Origin: an uncultured Clostridium sp.
Lineage (GTDB): Bacteria; Bacillota_I; Bacilli_A; RF39; UBA660
Assembly: GCA_964555985.1 (NCBI GenBank)
Contig: CAZKUP010000001.1
Coordinates: forward strand, 12,166 to 44,383
DNA length: 32,218 bases
Direction of reading: 5' to 3'
The position numbers and the translations under genes are program-made. Of this stretch, positions 9,202-17,272 are shown piece after piece (the stretch's first letter is position 1; every line of letters begins with the position of its first letter). Under the pieces are notes generated by a model, which worked only from the letters and a program-made list of their open reading frames with translations, was not told the DNA's origin and ran no database searches.

Positions 9202-10616
9202 AAATTCCCCCTAATAATATTTTTCTTTGCTGTAAGTTTATTTCTTCTTGTTAATTTATATTTTTTAGATAAAACTATGTCATTTCCTTGATCTTTTAAA
9301 TCAAGTGGACTTGTAGGGTAAAGAAATGGAGTTTTAAATGATGTAATACTAGAAAGTTCTGAAATAAGTAAAATAAGTGAAATAAATACTCCAAGCATAC
9401 CTCCAATACTTGCAAAAATTATAAATATAATTCTCCATATTTTTATAGCATTAGATACATCATTTAATGAAAAAATAAGTTCACTAATAGCAGTTATTGC
9501 AATAACTATTACCATAATTGGACTAACAAGACCTGCTTCAACAGCAGCGTCCCCTAATACTAATGCTCCTACAATTGAAAGAGCACTTCCTAAAGCAGAA
9601 GGCGCTCTTATATCAGTTTCTCTAAGTATTTCAAATGTTACATTCATAATAAGTGCTTCAAGTACAGTTGGAAAAGGCACTCCTTCTTTCTGCATTGCAA
9701 AATTAATAAGAAGACTAGGTGGAAGCACTTCTTGGTTATAAGTAATAAGTGCAATATAAATACCTGGTAGCATTATTGAAATAATAAATGCAATTATTCT
9801 AATTATTCTCATGTAACTAGCATTTATACCATTTTGAAAATAATCATCCATTGTATGAAAAAATTCAATAAAAAATGCAGGCAAAAGAATTACAAATGGA
9901 GTATTATCTACTACAATAGCAATTTTTCCATTCAATAATTTATAAGATACTAAATCAGGTCTTTCAGTAGAAAGTACATTAGGAAATAAACTTTTATTAT
10001 TAGAAATCATTTCATAAATATAACTACTATCTGGCACAGAGTCAATATCTATACTTTTTATTTTATCTTTTACCTCATTTAAAAGAGATTCATCACAAAT
10101 ATCTTTAATATAAAGAATCCCAACTTTAGTATTACTTCTTCTTCCAACATTCACTTCCTCTAACCATAAATTTTCATTTCTAATTCTTTTTCTTATTAAT
10201 CCAATATTTGTTTGATAATTCTCAGTAAATGCATCTCTTGGTCCTTTAATAGTTTTCTCATTTTCTACCTTACTAATACCACTATCTAAACTTTTTCTAA
10301 ATTCTAAAGCATAATACTTATTATTTATATTAATAATACAAAAGCCATCATATAAATAAGTTATTATCTCATCTATATTATAAACTTCAATTATTTTATA
10401 ATTAGGTAAATACTTTTTAATATAATTATTAATATTTAATATTATTTTTTTATTTATTTTTAAATAACTTATATAAGAAAGTACAAAATCATTGATACTT
10501 TTTGAATCACATAAAGTTTCAAAAAAAATAACATTTATTTTATTATTACATAAATCAATATTTTTAATAACTAAATCTTTGCTATTACCACATTTATTCT
10601 TAATTTTATTTATCAT
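9198..10616 (-). CDS. Spore germination protein, GerA/GerKA-type A subunit
   Basis: Soluble N-terminal domain followed by a C-terminal membrane domain (LPGIYIALITYNQEVLPPSLL..., ...ALSIVGALVLGDAAV...), typical of the GerA family. Preferred start is ATG 10616, with GGTGGA 5 nt upstream; the ORF-track start is 10643. Confidence 0.85.
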   Translation of the reverse strand: MINKIKNKCGNSKDLVIKNIDLCNNKINVIFFETLCDSKSINDFVLSYISYLKINKKIILNINNYIKKYLPNYKIIEVYNIDEIITYLYDGFCIININNKYYALEFRKSLDSGISKVENEKTIKGPRDAFTENYQTNIGLIRKRIRNENLWLEEVNVGRRSNTKVGILYIKDICDESLLNEVKDKIKSIDIDSVPDSSYIYEMISNNKSLFPNVLSTERPDLVSYKLLNGKIAIVVDNTPFVILLPAFFIEFFHTMDDYFQNGINASYMRIIRIIAFIISIMLPGIYIALITYNQEVLPPSLLINFAMQKEGVPFPTVLEALIMNVTFEILRETDIRAPSALGSALSIVGALVLGDAAVEAGLVSPIMVIVIAITAISELIFSLNDVSNAIKIWRIIFIIFASIGGMLGVFISLILLISELSSITSFKTPFLYPTSPLDLKDQGNDIVLSKKYKLTRRNKLTAKKNIIRGNL

Positions 10617-10851
10617 AAGATCCACCATTTTTAGTATTAACAAAAATAATATTTTTATTTGTTTACTTATATAAAATAAATATATTTTATAAATATTGAT
10701 TTAAAAGTAATTAATCTAAAGGATTAACTACTTGTTTTATTTCTCTTTTCATTTTTCTTTTTTTTATTTGTTTACATTATACAATATTATAATAATTATA
10801 AAAATATATTTGCGAAGAAAATTCTATCTTACTGTTATATTTTTGCATTTA

Positions 10852-10880
10852 TTGATAATAGATGTTATAAAGTGTATAAT
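10852..10880 (+). promoter_or_regulatory. Possible sigmaA-like promoter of the methyltransferase gene
   Basis: TTGATA (10852-10857), 17-nt spacer, TATAAT (10875-10880). The leader would be very short. Confidence 0.3.
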
Positions 10881-10898
10881 AATATGTAGGTGAGGAGT

Positions 10899-12107
10899 AT
10901 GTATATTAATAAAGTAATAAAACAAAATAATGAAGGTTCTGGAATTGTTAAAAATAATGATAAAATAGTATTTGTTCCTTATTCTTTAGCAGGTGATGTA
11001 ATAGATTATAAGATAATAAAAGAAAATAAAAAATATGATGAAGGAAGAATTCTAAATATAATTAATGAATCAAATGAAAGAATTAAACCTATATGTAAAT
11101 ATTATTATAAATGCGGTGGTTGTAATTTAATGCATCAAAAATATAATTGTCAATTAGAATTTAAGAAGAATAAGGTAATTAATAATTTAAAACATATTTC
11201 TAATATAAATATAGATAATATAGATATATTGTATGATAATAATTTTAATTATAGAAATCATATTACTTTATCTGTTAATAAAGATTTAATAGGTTTTTAT
11301 AAAAATAATTCTAATGAAATAATTGATATAGATTATTGTTATATTTCAAATGATAAAATAAATAATGCATTAAAAGAAATAAGATTATTTTTAACCAAAT
11401 ATAAAAATAATTATATAGATAAAATAAGTATTAAAGCATTTGAAGAAGTACTTATTAATATTGAATCTAATAATTTTAATCTTATAAATGAATTTAAAAC
11501 ATTTGTTAATTTTGATTCTTTATATATAAATAATAAATATATTTTAGGTAATAAATATATAATTGCAAATTTAAATAATTATAAATATAAGGTATCATCT
11601 AAAGATTTTTTTCAAAAAAATACAAATATGACTATTAAACTATATGATTATATAAAAGAACTAGTTAATAACGATGAAACAGTGCTTGATTTATATTGTG
11701 GTAGTGGTGGTATAGGAATATATATAAGTGATAAAGTAAATAATGTAATAGGTGTTGAAGTAATAAAAGAAAGTATTGATAATGCACTTGAAAATGCTTT
11801 ATTAAATAATATAAATAATATTAAATTTATATGTGGTAAAACAGAAGATAATATAAATAATATTAAAAATATAGATACAATTATAGTAGATCCTCCAAGA
11901 GTAGGGCTTAATAAAAATGCAATAAAAGATATACTTAAAATAAGTAGTAATAAATTAATTTATGTATCATGTAATTCAACTACTTTAGCAAGAGATATTA
12001 ATTTATTAAAAGAAGATTATGTTATAAAAAGTATTAAATTATTCGATCTTTTCCCTAACACTGAGCATGTTGAAACTGTATGTTTGTTTTTAAGAAAAGA
12101 GAAATAA
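10899..12107 (+). CDS. 23S rRNA (uracil-C5)-methyltransferase, RumA/RlmD/RlmCD family
   Basis: N-terminal TRAM-like region, Cys cluster CKYYYKCGGCNLMH, SAM motif VLDLYCGSGGIG, DPPRVGL, and catalytic-Cys context YVSCNSTTLARD. ATG 10899 follows AGGTGAGGAG; the ORF-track start is 10890. Confidence 0.85.
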   Translation: MYINKVIKQNNEGSGIVKNNDKIVFVPYSLAGDVIDYKIIKENKKYDEGRILNIINESNERIKPICKYYYKCGGCNLMHQKYNCQLEFKKNKVINNLKHISNINIDNIDILYDNNFNYRNHITLSVNKDLIGFYKNNSNEIIDIDYCYISNDKINNALKEIRLFLTKYKNNYIDKISIKAFEEVLINIESNNFNLINEFKTFVNFDSLYINNKYILGNKYIIANLNNYKYKVSSKDFFQKNTNMTIKLYDYIKELVNNDETVLDLYCGSGGIGIYISDKVNNVIGVEVIKESIDNALENALLNNINNIKFICGKTEDNINNIKNIDTIIVDPPRVGLNKNAIKDILKISSNKLIYVSCNSTTLARDINLLKEDYVIKSIKLFDLFPNTEHVETVCLFLRKEK

Positions 12108-12453
12108 ATTGATGAAATTCTTATTTAAAGATGCTACAATAAATATGAATTATAGATCTGAATTTTATTTGAGTTTATTATGAAGAAGATAATGAAAGTT
12201 ATGCTGTCATTGCTTATTATTTAAAATTAAAAACAATGGAAATTACAAAGTAAATCAATAAGTATTTTAGCAGTTTAGTTGTTTCTATAAACTATTATTT
12301 AATTCTTCTTGATCTAATAGTTATTTTGCTTTATCATGTTGTGGTGTAAACTTAAGGTGAGATATTTATAATTAAGTATTTTATTTAATGAATATAAAAA
12401 TATAATTGAATTAATATTAATAAAAATATATAATTAAAGTAGGGTGTAATAAT

Positions 12454-13266
12454 ATGAATTTATTTGAAAGAATACTTTATTTTTTACAAGGAAAGATGGT
12501 TAAACCTACTGCATTTGGTTGGTTTCATATTTTATGGTTATTTTTAGTTGTAATAGTTATATTTATTTTATATAAAAGAAAGAAATATTATGGTGAAAAG
12601 CAATTAAAAATAGTATTAGGTACATATGGTATTATAGCTTTAATTTTAGAGCTATTAAAACAATTAATATGGTCATTTAACTATGATTCGATTACAAATA
12701 TTATTAATTGGGATTATAGGTGGTACTCGTTTCCTTTTCAGTTATGTACAACTCCAATATTTGTATGTATAATTTGTTTGTTTTTAAAAAAGTGGAAGGT
12801 AAGAGATTATTTATTATCATATTTATCTTATGTTACTATTTTAGGAAGTATTGCAACTATGCTTTTACCAGATAGTTGTTTTGTTCCTGATATATTAGTA
12901 AATATTCATACAATGTGGTTACATTTAGGCGGTTTTGTAGTGTCTATTTATTTACTTATGTCAAATGAGGTTAAAGTAAATATAAAGAATTTATGTGGTG
13001 CGATTTTTGTATTCTTAATATTTGTATGTATTGCAGATATTATGAATATTGTAATTTATAATTTAAGTGTGCTTAATGGAGAAGTTTTTAATATGTTTTA
13101 TATCAGCCCATATTTTATAAGTACATTACCAGTATTTGATATTATTCAAAAAAATGTGCCTTACATATTATATCTAATAATATATATTTGTGTATTAATA
13201 ATAGGTAGTTTTATTATATATGGTACTTCATTAATTATAAGTAAATTAAAATATAAGATAAAGTAA
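12454..13266 (+). CDS. Integral membrane protein, YwaF/TMEM164-like
   Basis: 270 aa with about 7 TM. The FGWFHILWL and PFQLCTTP motifs resemble the YwaF (TIGR02206-type) family as I remember it. This is not verified. Confidence 0.45.
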   Translation: MNLFERILYFLQGKMVKPTAFGWFHILWLFLVVIVIFILYKRKKYYGEKQLKIVLGTYGIIALILELLKQLIWSFNYDSITNIINWDYRWYSFPFQLCTTPIFVCIICLFLKKWKVRDYLLSYLSYVTILGSIATMLLPDSCFVPDILVNIHTMWLHLGGFVVSIYLLMSNEVKVNIKNLCGAIFVFLIFVCIADIMNIVIYNLSVLNGEVFNMFYISPYFISTLPVFDIIQKNVPYILYLIIYICVLIIGSFIIYGTSLIISKLKYKIK

Positions 13267-13282
13267 TAAAGGAAGTGTATAT

Positions 13283-13612
13283 ATGGAAAGAATATATAAT
13301 AAGTTAGTTAGAGATAATATACCTATTATAATAAAAAATAATGGGGAAATGCCTATTATTAGAGTATTAAATGAAAGTGAATATAAAAAAGAACTTGAAA
13401 AGAAATTGTATGAGGAATATAAAGAAATAATAGATGCGGGTGGTGATAATCGAATTGAAGAACTTGCTGATATGTTAGAAGTAATTAAAGCATTAGCTAG
13501 TTTAGAAAATAAAAATTTAAATGATATTATAGAAGTTGCTGAAAGAAAAAATATAAAGCGTGGCGCTTTTGATGAAAAGATTTTTCTTGAGAAAGTTATA
13601 GAGCCAAAGTAG
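13283..13612 (+). CDS. MazG-like all-alpha NTP pyrophosphohydrolase (house-cleaning type)
   Basis: 109 aa. The N-terminal YNKLVRDNIP and the EELADMLEV...RG.F..KIFL pattern are characteristic of small MazG-superfamily proteins. Confidence 0.7.
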   Translation: MERIYNKLVRDNIPIIIKNNGEMPIIRVLNESEYKKELEKKLYEEYKEIIDAGGDNRIEELADMLEVIKALASLENKNLNDIIEVAERKNIKRGAFDEKIFLEKVIEPK

Positions 13613-13651
13613 TTAAATAAGATGTATTATAGATATATAAATGGAGGAGTT

Positions 13652-14113
13652 ATGAAATTAATTGTTAAAGAAAAACTTTTATCAATGCATGATAGATATT
13701 ATATTTATAATGATAAAGAGGAAATTGCTTATGAAATAGTAAGTAGAATGATTTCTATTGGAGATAAGACTACAATATATGATAAAGATGGTAATATTAT
13801 TGCATATATTGAACAAAAGGTAATGCATTATATGCCATGCTATAATGTTTATATTAAGAATAAATATAAATTTGAAATTAAAAAGAAGTATCATTTATTT
13901 AAAAATAATTATAAGTTAAGTAATGATTATAAAGTAGATGGAAGTATATTTAATTTAAATTTTTCTATCTTAAATAATAAAGATAAAATTATTGCAAAAA
14001 TTAAAAGAAAATTTATAACAATAAGTGATAAATATGAAATAGATATATTAGATACTAAAGATTTAATTACAATATTGACTATTATTGTTGCAATTACTAA
14101 TGATAGGGATTAG
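13652..14113 (+). CDS. YxjI / LURP-one-related (tubby C-terminal-like) protein
   Basis: MKLIVKEKLLSMHDRYYIYNDKEEIAYEI...GDKTTIYDKDGNIIAYIEQKV is typical of the DUF567/YxjI family. GGAGG lies before ATG 13652; the ORF-track start is 13622. Confidence 0.55.
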   Translation: MKLIVKEKLLSMHDRYYIYNDKEEIAYEIVSRMISIGDKTTIYDKDGNIIAYIEQKVMHYMPCYNVYIKNKYKFEIKKKYHLFKNNYKLSNDYKVDGSIFNLNFSILNNKDKIIAKIKRKFITISDKYEIDILDTKDLITILTIIVAITNDRD

Positions 14114-14139
14114 ATAAGTCTAAGAGAGTTATTTCTTTA
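14090..14139 (+). repeat. Direct repeat copy L: last 24 nt of the yxjI-like CDS plus 26 nt downstream
   Basis: GCAATTACTAATGATAGGGATTAGATAAGTCTAAGAGAGTTATTTCTTTA. It matches 15159-15208 at 49 of 50 positions; the single difference turns TAG into TAA. Confidence 0.95.
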
Positions 14140-14144
14140 GAATA

Positions 14145-14174
14145 TTGACAAATCTATTATAATTAATATATATT
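14145..14174 (+). promoter_or_regulatory. SigmaA-like promoter of the cassette gene
   Basis: TTGACA (14145-14150), then an A/T-rich -10 candidate: ATATAT at 17 nt or TATATT at 18 nt. Confidence 0.4.
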
Positions 14175-14198
14175 AATTATAGAGAGGAGGTGACTTTT

Positions 14199-15107
14199 GT
14201 GAGAAAATATTTATTTATGTTTATGTTGTTTTTTCTACCAACAATACGTTCTATAAATGCATTAGAAAATGATATGTATGTTAATAATAATGGTATTATA
14301 ATTTCTAATTTAGAATATAACAATTTAATTAATAGTGGGTATAGTAGCAATGAAATAAGCAATATGACTCAATCTGAATTTAATGAAAATAAAGATTTAA
14401 GTGGTCAAGTTGTTGCACAAACAACTAAGTATTATAGAGTTGAAACTTTTGTTTCAAATAATCAATATTTTACTTTAGCAAATAAAGATAAATCTTATAC
14501 TTCTATTTCCTATGAAATTTCTGAATCTGAATTTAATAATGCAAAAAGTGCACCATTTGAATCAAGTGTTATTAATGCAAGTGCAGTTGTAGAAACCACC
14601 TATAAAAAAATGACAACATCTATTGTGAAATATAATAGTAATTATAGATATAAAAATGTTGTTTTATGGAAGAAATTACCTGCATATAGGGTAAATGACA
14701 TTATAGGAGTTGGATTTGAAGATAAAGTATATGGCGTGTCTTCTTCAAAAAGATTAGTTGCATATTATATATATGATGATAGTTGTGATGTTAATATTAC
14801 AAATACAGGCACATGGAAACTAAGTGCGAATGGATATGCGGTAGCATTTGATTATCCTACTAAATCCAAAAATGCAACCAATGAGAATTTTTATGTAGAA
14901 ATGTATTTTGATGTTGGTAAAAATACTTCATTAACTATAAATACATTAAATGCATACGGAGACTATAAACATTTAATTGGTTCAAAAAGCCATGTTTCTA
15001 CAAGTATAAGTATTGACTTGGGTGGTATCAGCGTTGGAGCTAGTTTTGAATCTTATTATGATAGCATTTCAACCGCTCAAGCAACATTAACAAACATAAA
15101 TTGGTAA
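14199..15107 (+). CDS. Secreted protein of unknown function, about 281 aa mature
   Basis: GGAGG (14186-14190) lies 8 nt before GTG 14199; the ORF-track start at 14190 sits inside the RBS. Signal peptide VRKYLFMFMLFFLPTIRSINA|LEND. There is an internal short repeat (TQSEFNENKD / SESEFNNAKS) and a T/S/N/Y-rich composition. Confidence 0.7.
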   Translation: MRKYLFMFMLFFLPTIRSINALENDMYVNNNGIIISNLEYNNLINSGYSSNEISNMTQSEFNENKDLSGQVVAQTTKYYRVETFVSNNQYFTLANKDKSYTSISYEISESEFNNAKSAPFESSVINASAVVETTYKKMTTSIVKYNSNYRYKNVVLWKKLPAYRVNDIIGVGFEDKVYGVSSSKRLVAYYIYDDSCDVNITNTGTWKLSANGYAVAFDYPTKSKNATNENFYVEMYFDVGKNTSLTINTLNAYGDYKHLIGSKSHVSTSISIDLGGISVGASFESYYDSISTAQATLTNINW

Positions 15108-15118
15108 TTTTTCATATA

Positions 15119-15152
15119 GAACTAGGTGTGTATTTTATATACCTAGTTTTTT
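15119..15152 (+). terminator. Rho-independent terminator of the cassette gene
   Basis: AACTAGGT (15120-15127) pairs with ACCTAGTT (15141-15148), followed by a T-run. Confidence 0.7.
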
Positions 15153-15158
15153 ATTATA

Positions 15159-15208
15159 GCAATTACTAATGATAGGGATTAAATAAGTCTAAGAGAGTTA
15201 TTTCTTTA
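15159..15208 (+). repeat. Direct repeat copy R, with no ORF upstream of it
   Basis: 49/50 identical to 14090-14139. Confidence 0.95.
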
Positions 15209-15236
15209 AAATAATAATACTTTAAAATAATAATCC

Positions 15237-15264
15237 TTGACAAATAATAAATAAAAAGTATAAT
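15237..15264 (+). promoter_or_regulatory. SigmaA-like promoter of the L,D-transpeptidase gene
   Basis: TTGACA (15237-15242), 16-nt spacer, TATAAT (15259-15264). Confidence 0.45.
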
Positions 15265-15286
15265 AAATCCTACTTAAGGGGGATTT

Positions 15287-16033
15287 ATGAATAAAACTAA
15301 AAGAAAATTAATTGCTTATTCTCTTCTTTTAACAAGTTTAATGGGTTGTAAGAATAAAGAAGATGTTATTTTAGAAACTATTCCTATGGAAACTAGTGAG
15401 ATAATTAGTTATAGTGAAACAGAAACAAGCACTATAGAAGAAAAGAAAGAAATACCTATGTATTACTCATATTATTCTTTTGTAAATGAAGATACCTCGT
15501 TTTATAATGAGGATATGGAATACACTAAAGATATAGAAAAATATCAAAGAGTTATAGTGTCAGAGCCTTTGAATTTTGAAAAGGAACAAACTGATTATGC
15601 TTATGTAATATTAGATGATGGAACATTTGGTTATATTGATTATTCTAAATTAACTACTTTACCTGAATCTTTTATTGAAGTAGATATTAGTGAGCAACGT
15701 CTTGTATGTTTTTATGAAAATGATGTTACGCTTATATGTGATGTTGTAACAGGTAATCCTTCTGTTGGTACAATACCGGGTACTAATTTAGGTTATACAC
15801 AAATAAATGGTAAATTAAGAAAGACTCATTTGATGGGGAACGCTTATGTTGAAATTTTTATATCATTTAATTCTCATGGAGAAGGGTTCCATGATGCTTC
15901 TTGGAGAAGTGAATTTGGTGGAGATATTTATTTAAATAATGGTTCTCATGGTTGTGTTAATATGAGATATTCTGATGTTGTTGAGCTTGATAAATATACT
16001 GAAGTTGGAACAAAAGTTTTAATACATAAATAA
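15287..16033 (+). CDS. L,D-transpeptidase (YkuD-domain) lipoprotein
   Basis: Lipobox SLMGC. The C-terminal catalytic signature HGEGFHDASWRSEFGG...NGSHGCVNM matches the YkuD His/Cys motif. Confidence 0.8.
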   Translation: MNKTKRKLIAYSLLLTSLMGCKNKEDVILETIPMETSEIISYSETETSTIEEKKEIPMYYSYYSFVNEDTSFYNEDMEYTKDIEKYQRVIVSEPLNFEKEQTDYAYVILDDGTFGYIDYSKLTTLPESFIEVDISEQRLVCFYENDVTLICDVVTGNPSVGTIPGTNLGYTQINGKLRKTHLMGNAYVEIFISFNSHGEGFHDASWRSEFGGDIYLNNGSHGCVNMRYSDVVELDKYTEVGTKVLIHK

Positions 16034-16055
16034 GCAATATTGCTTATTTTTTTTA
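16030..16055 (+). terminator. Rho-independent terminator
   Basis: Palindrome ATAAGCAATATTGCTTAT (16030-16047) followed by TTTTTTT. It overlaps the stop codon. Confidence 0.7.
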
Positions 16056-16084
16056 TTCTATGGTATAATTAAATGGGTGATGTT

Positions 16085-16798
16085 ATGATATATATAACAG
16101 GAGATAAACATGCGGAATTTGAAAGTGTATTTAGATTCTGCAATAGATTTAATACTACTACTGATGATATATTAATAGTACTAGGAGATGCGGGAATAAA
16201 TTATTTTTCAAATAAAAGAGATAATATTTTGAAAGGTGAATTAAAGAATTATCCAATTACATTTTTTTGTATTCATGGTAATCATGAGGAAAGACTTGAA
16301 AATATAAGTACTTATAAGATGAAATTATTTCACGATGGAATTGTTTATTATGAAGAAGAGTATCCTAATATATTGTTTGCAAAGGATTCTGAGGTTTATA
16401 ATTTTAATGGTAATAAAGTTCTTGTAATAGGTGGTGCTTATAGTGTTGATAAGTATTTTAGACTTATGCATGGATATAATTGGTACTCATCTGAGCAACC
16501 TGATGATATGCTTAAGAAAAAAGTAATTGATAAGTTAAATGAGTTAAATAATAAGATTGATATAATATTATCTCATACATGTCCTTATAAATATATTCCA
16601 AGAGAAATGTTTTTAAGTAGCATTGACCAATCAAAGGTAGATAATTCTATGGAGTACTATCTTGATGAGATAGAAGGAAATAATGAGTATAAGTTGTGGT
16701 ATTGTGGGCATTATCATACTGATAAGAAAATAGATAATATTATATTTATGTTTAATGATATAGAGGAATTAAAGGATGTAAAAAAGAAAGTGAGATAG
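16085..16798 (+). CDS. Metallophosphoesterase (calcineurin-like phosphatase family)
   Basis: Motifs ITGDKH, VLGDAG, IHGNHEE and GHYH. The extended -10 TGGTATAAT at 16061-16069 favours ATG 16085 over the ORF-track start at 16073. Confidence 0.75.
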   Translation: MIYITGDKHAEFESVFRFCNRFNTTTDDILIVLGDAGINYFSNKRDNILKGELKNYPITFFCIHGNHEERLENISTYKMKLFHDGIVYYEEEYPNILFAKDSEVYNFNGNKVLVIGGAYSVDKYFRLMHGYNWYSSEQPDDMLKKKVIDKLNELNNKIDIILSHTCPYKYIPREMFLSSIDQSKVDNSMEYYLDEIEGNNEYKLWYCGHYHTDKKIDNIIFMFNDIEELKDVKKKVR

Positions 16799-16803
16799 GA
16801 AGT

Positions 16804-17151
16804 ATGAAGAAATTATTATTTTTAATATCTTTAGTTTTACTTACTGCATGTACAAGTAATATTAGTTATGATGTGAATTATAATGAAGCAGTTAAGTTAA
16901 TAGATGAAAAAAATGCAATTATACTTGATGTTAGAACAAATGAAGAATATGAAAGTGGTCATATTGAAAATGCTTTAAATATTCCTCTTGATTTAATTAA
17001 TAATATTACTAGTTATATAAGTGATAAAAATACTTATATTATTGTATATTGTAAAAGTGGTAATAGAAGTAAAAGTGCTTTGGAATTACTTAATAAAATG
17101 GGGTATTATAATGTATATAATTTAGGTGCAATGAGTAATTGGAAAATTTAA
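16804..17151 (+). CDS. Rhodanese-domain lipoprotein
   Basis: Lipobox LLTAC. It has VRTNEEYESGHIENALNIP and the active-site loop CKSGNRS. Confidence 0.8.
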   Translation: MKKLLFLISLVLLTACTSNISYDVNYNEAVKLIDEKNAIILDVRTNEEYESGHIENALNIPLDLINNITSYISDKNTYIIVYCKSGNRSKSALELLNKMGYYNVYNLGAMSNWKI

Positions 17152-17199
17152 TCACATAATTTCACATAATTTATTTTTATTTTAACATTAATTATGTGA
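17152..17199. repeat. Tandem plus inverted 10-mer TCACATAATT
   Basis: TCACATAATT occurs at 17152-17161 and 17162-17171. Its reverse complement AATTATGTGA occurs at 17190-17199. The motif begins one base after the rhodanese gene's stop codon (17149-17151). Confidence 0.6.
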
Positions 17200-17247
17200 T
17201 AAATTATTTGATAAAGATTAATTTTTTTTAATATTTATTTAATCTTG

Positions 17248-17256
17248 TGATATAAT
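17248..17256 (+). promoter_or_regulatory. Extended -10 promoter element for the 17273 ABC gene
   Basis: TGATATAAT (TGnTATAAT) lies about 16 nt upstream of the GGGAGGG RBS. Confidence 0.45.
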
Positions 17257-17272
17257 TTTTAGGGAGGGAATT

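Noticed and set aside
7401-10674. Plus-strand ORFs 7401-7634, 8741-9088 and 10492-10674, opposite the germination operon.
   Set aside because: They are antisense to well-supported gerA-family genes. They lack ribosome-binding sites and recognisable motifs.
10617-10720. Possible forespore (sigmaG-type) promoter upstream of the gerA-family operon, with an AATACTA -10-like element on the minus strand about 22 nt before the start.
   Set aside because: The -35 match is poor, and the region is almost pure A/T. I cannot tell it apart from chance.
12108-12453. A 345-nt gap between the methyltransferase and membrane-protein genes. It contains a 23-codon ORF (ATG 12111) and an out-of-frame stretch reading ...EDNESYAVIAYYLKLKTMEITK.
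   Set aside because: There is no convincing RBS, promoter-plus-terminator pair, riboswitch-like conserved core or repeat. It may be a decayed gene remnant, but the sequence alone does not support a call.
13682-14362. Minus-strand ORFs 13682-13894 and 14177-14362.
   Set aside because: They are antisense to the yxjI-like gene and to the promoter and 5' end of the secreted-protein gene. No RBS is present, and the sense-strand genes have much better start contexts.
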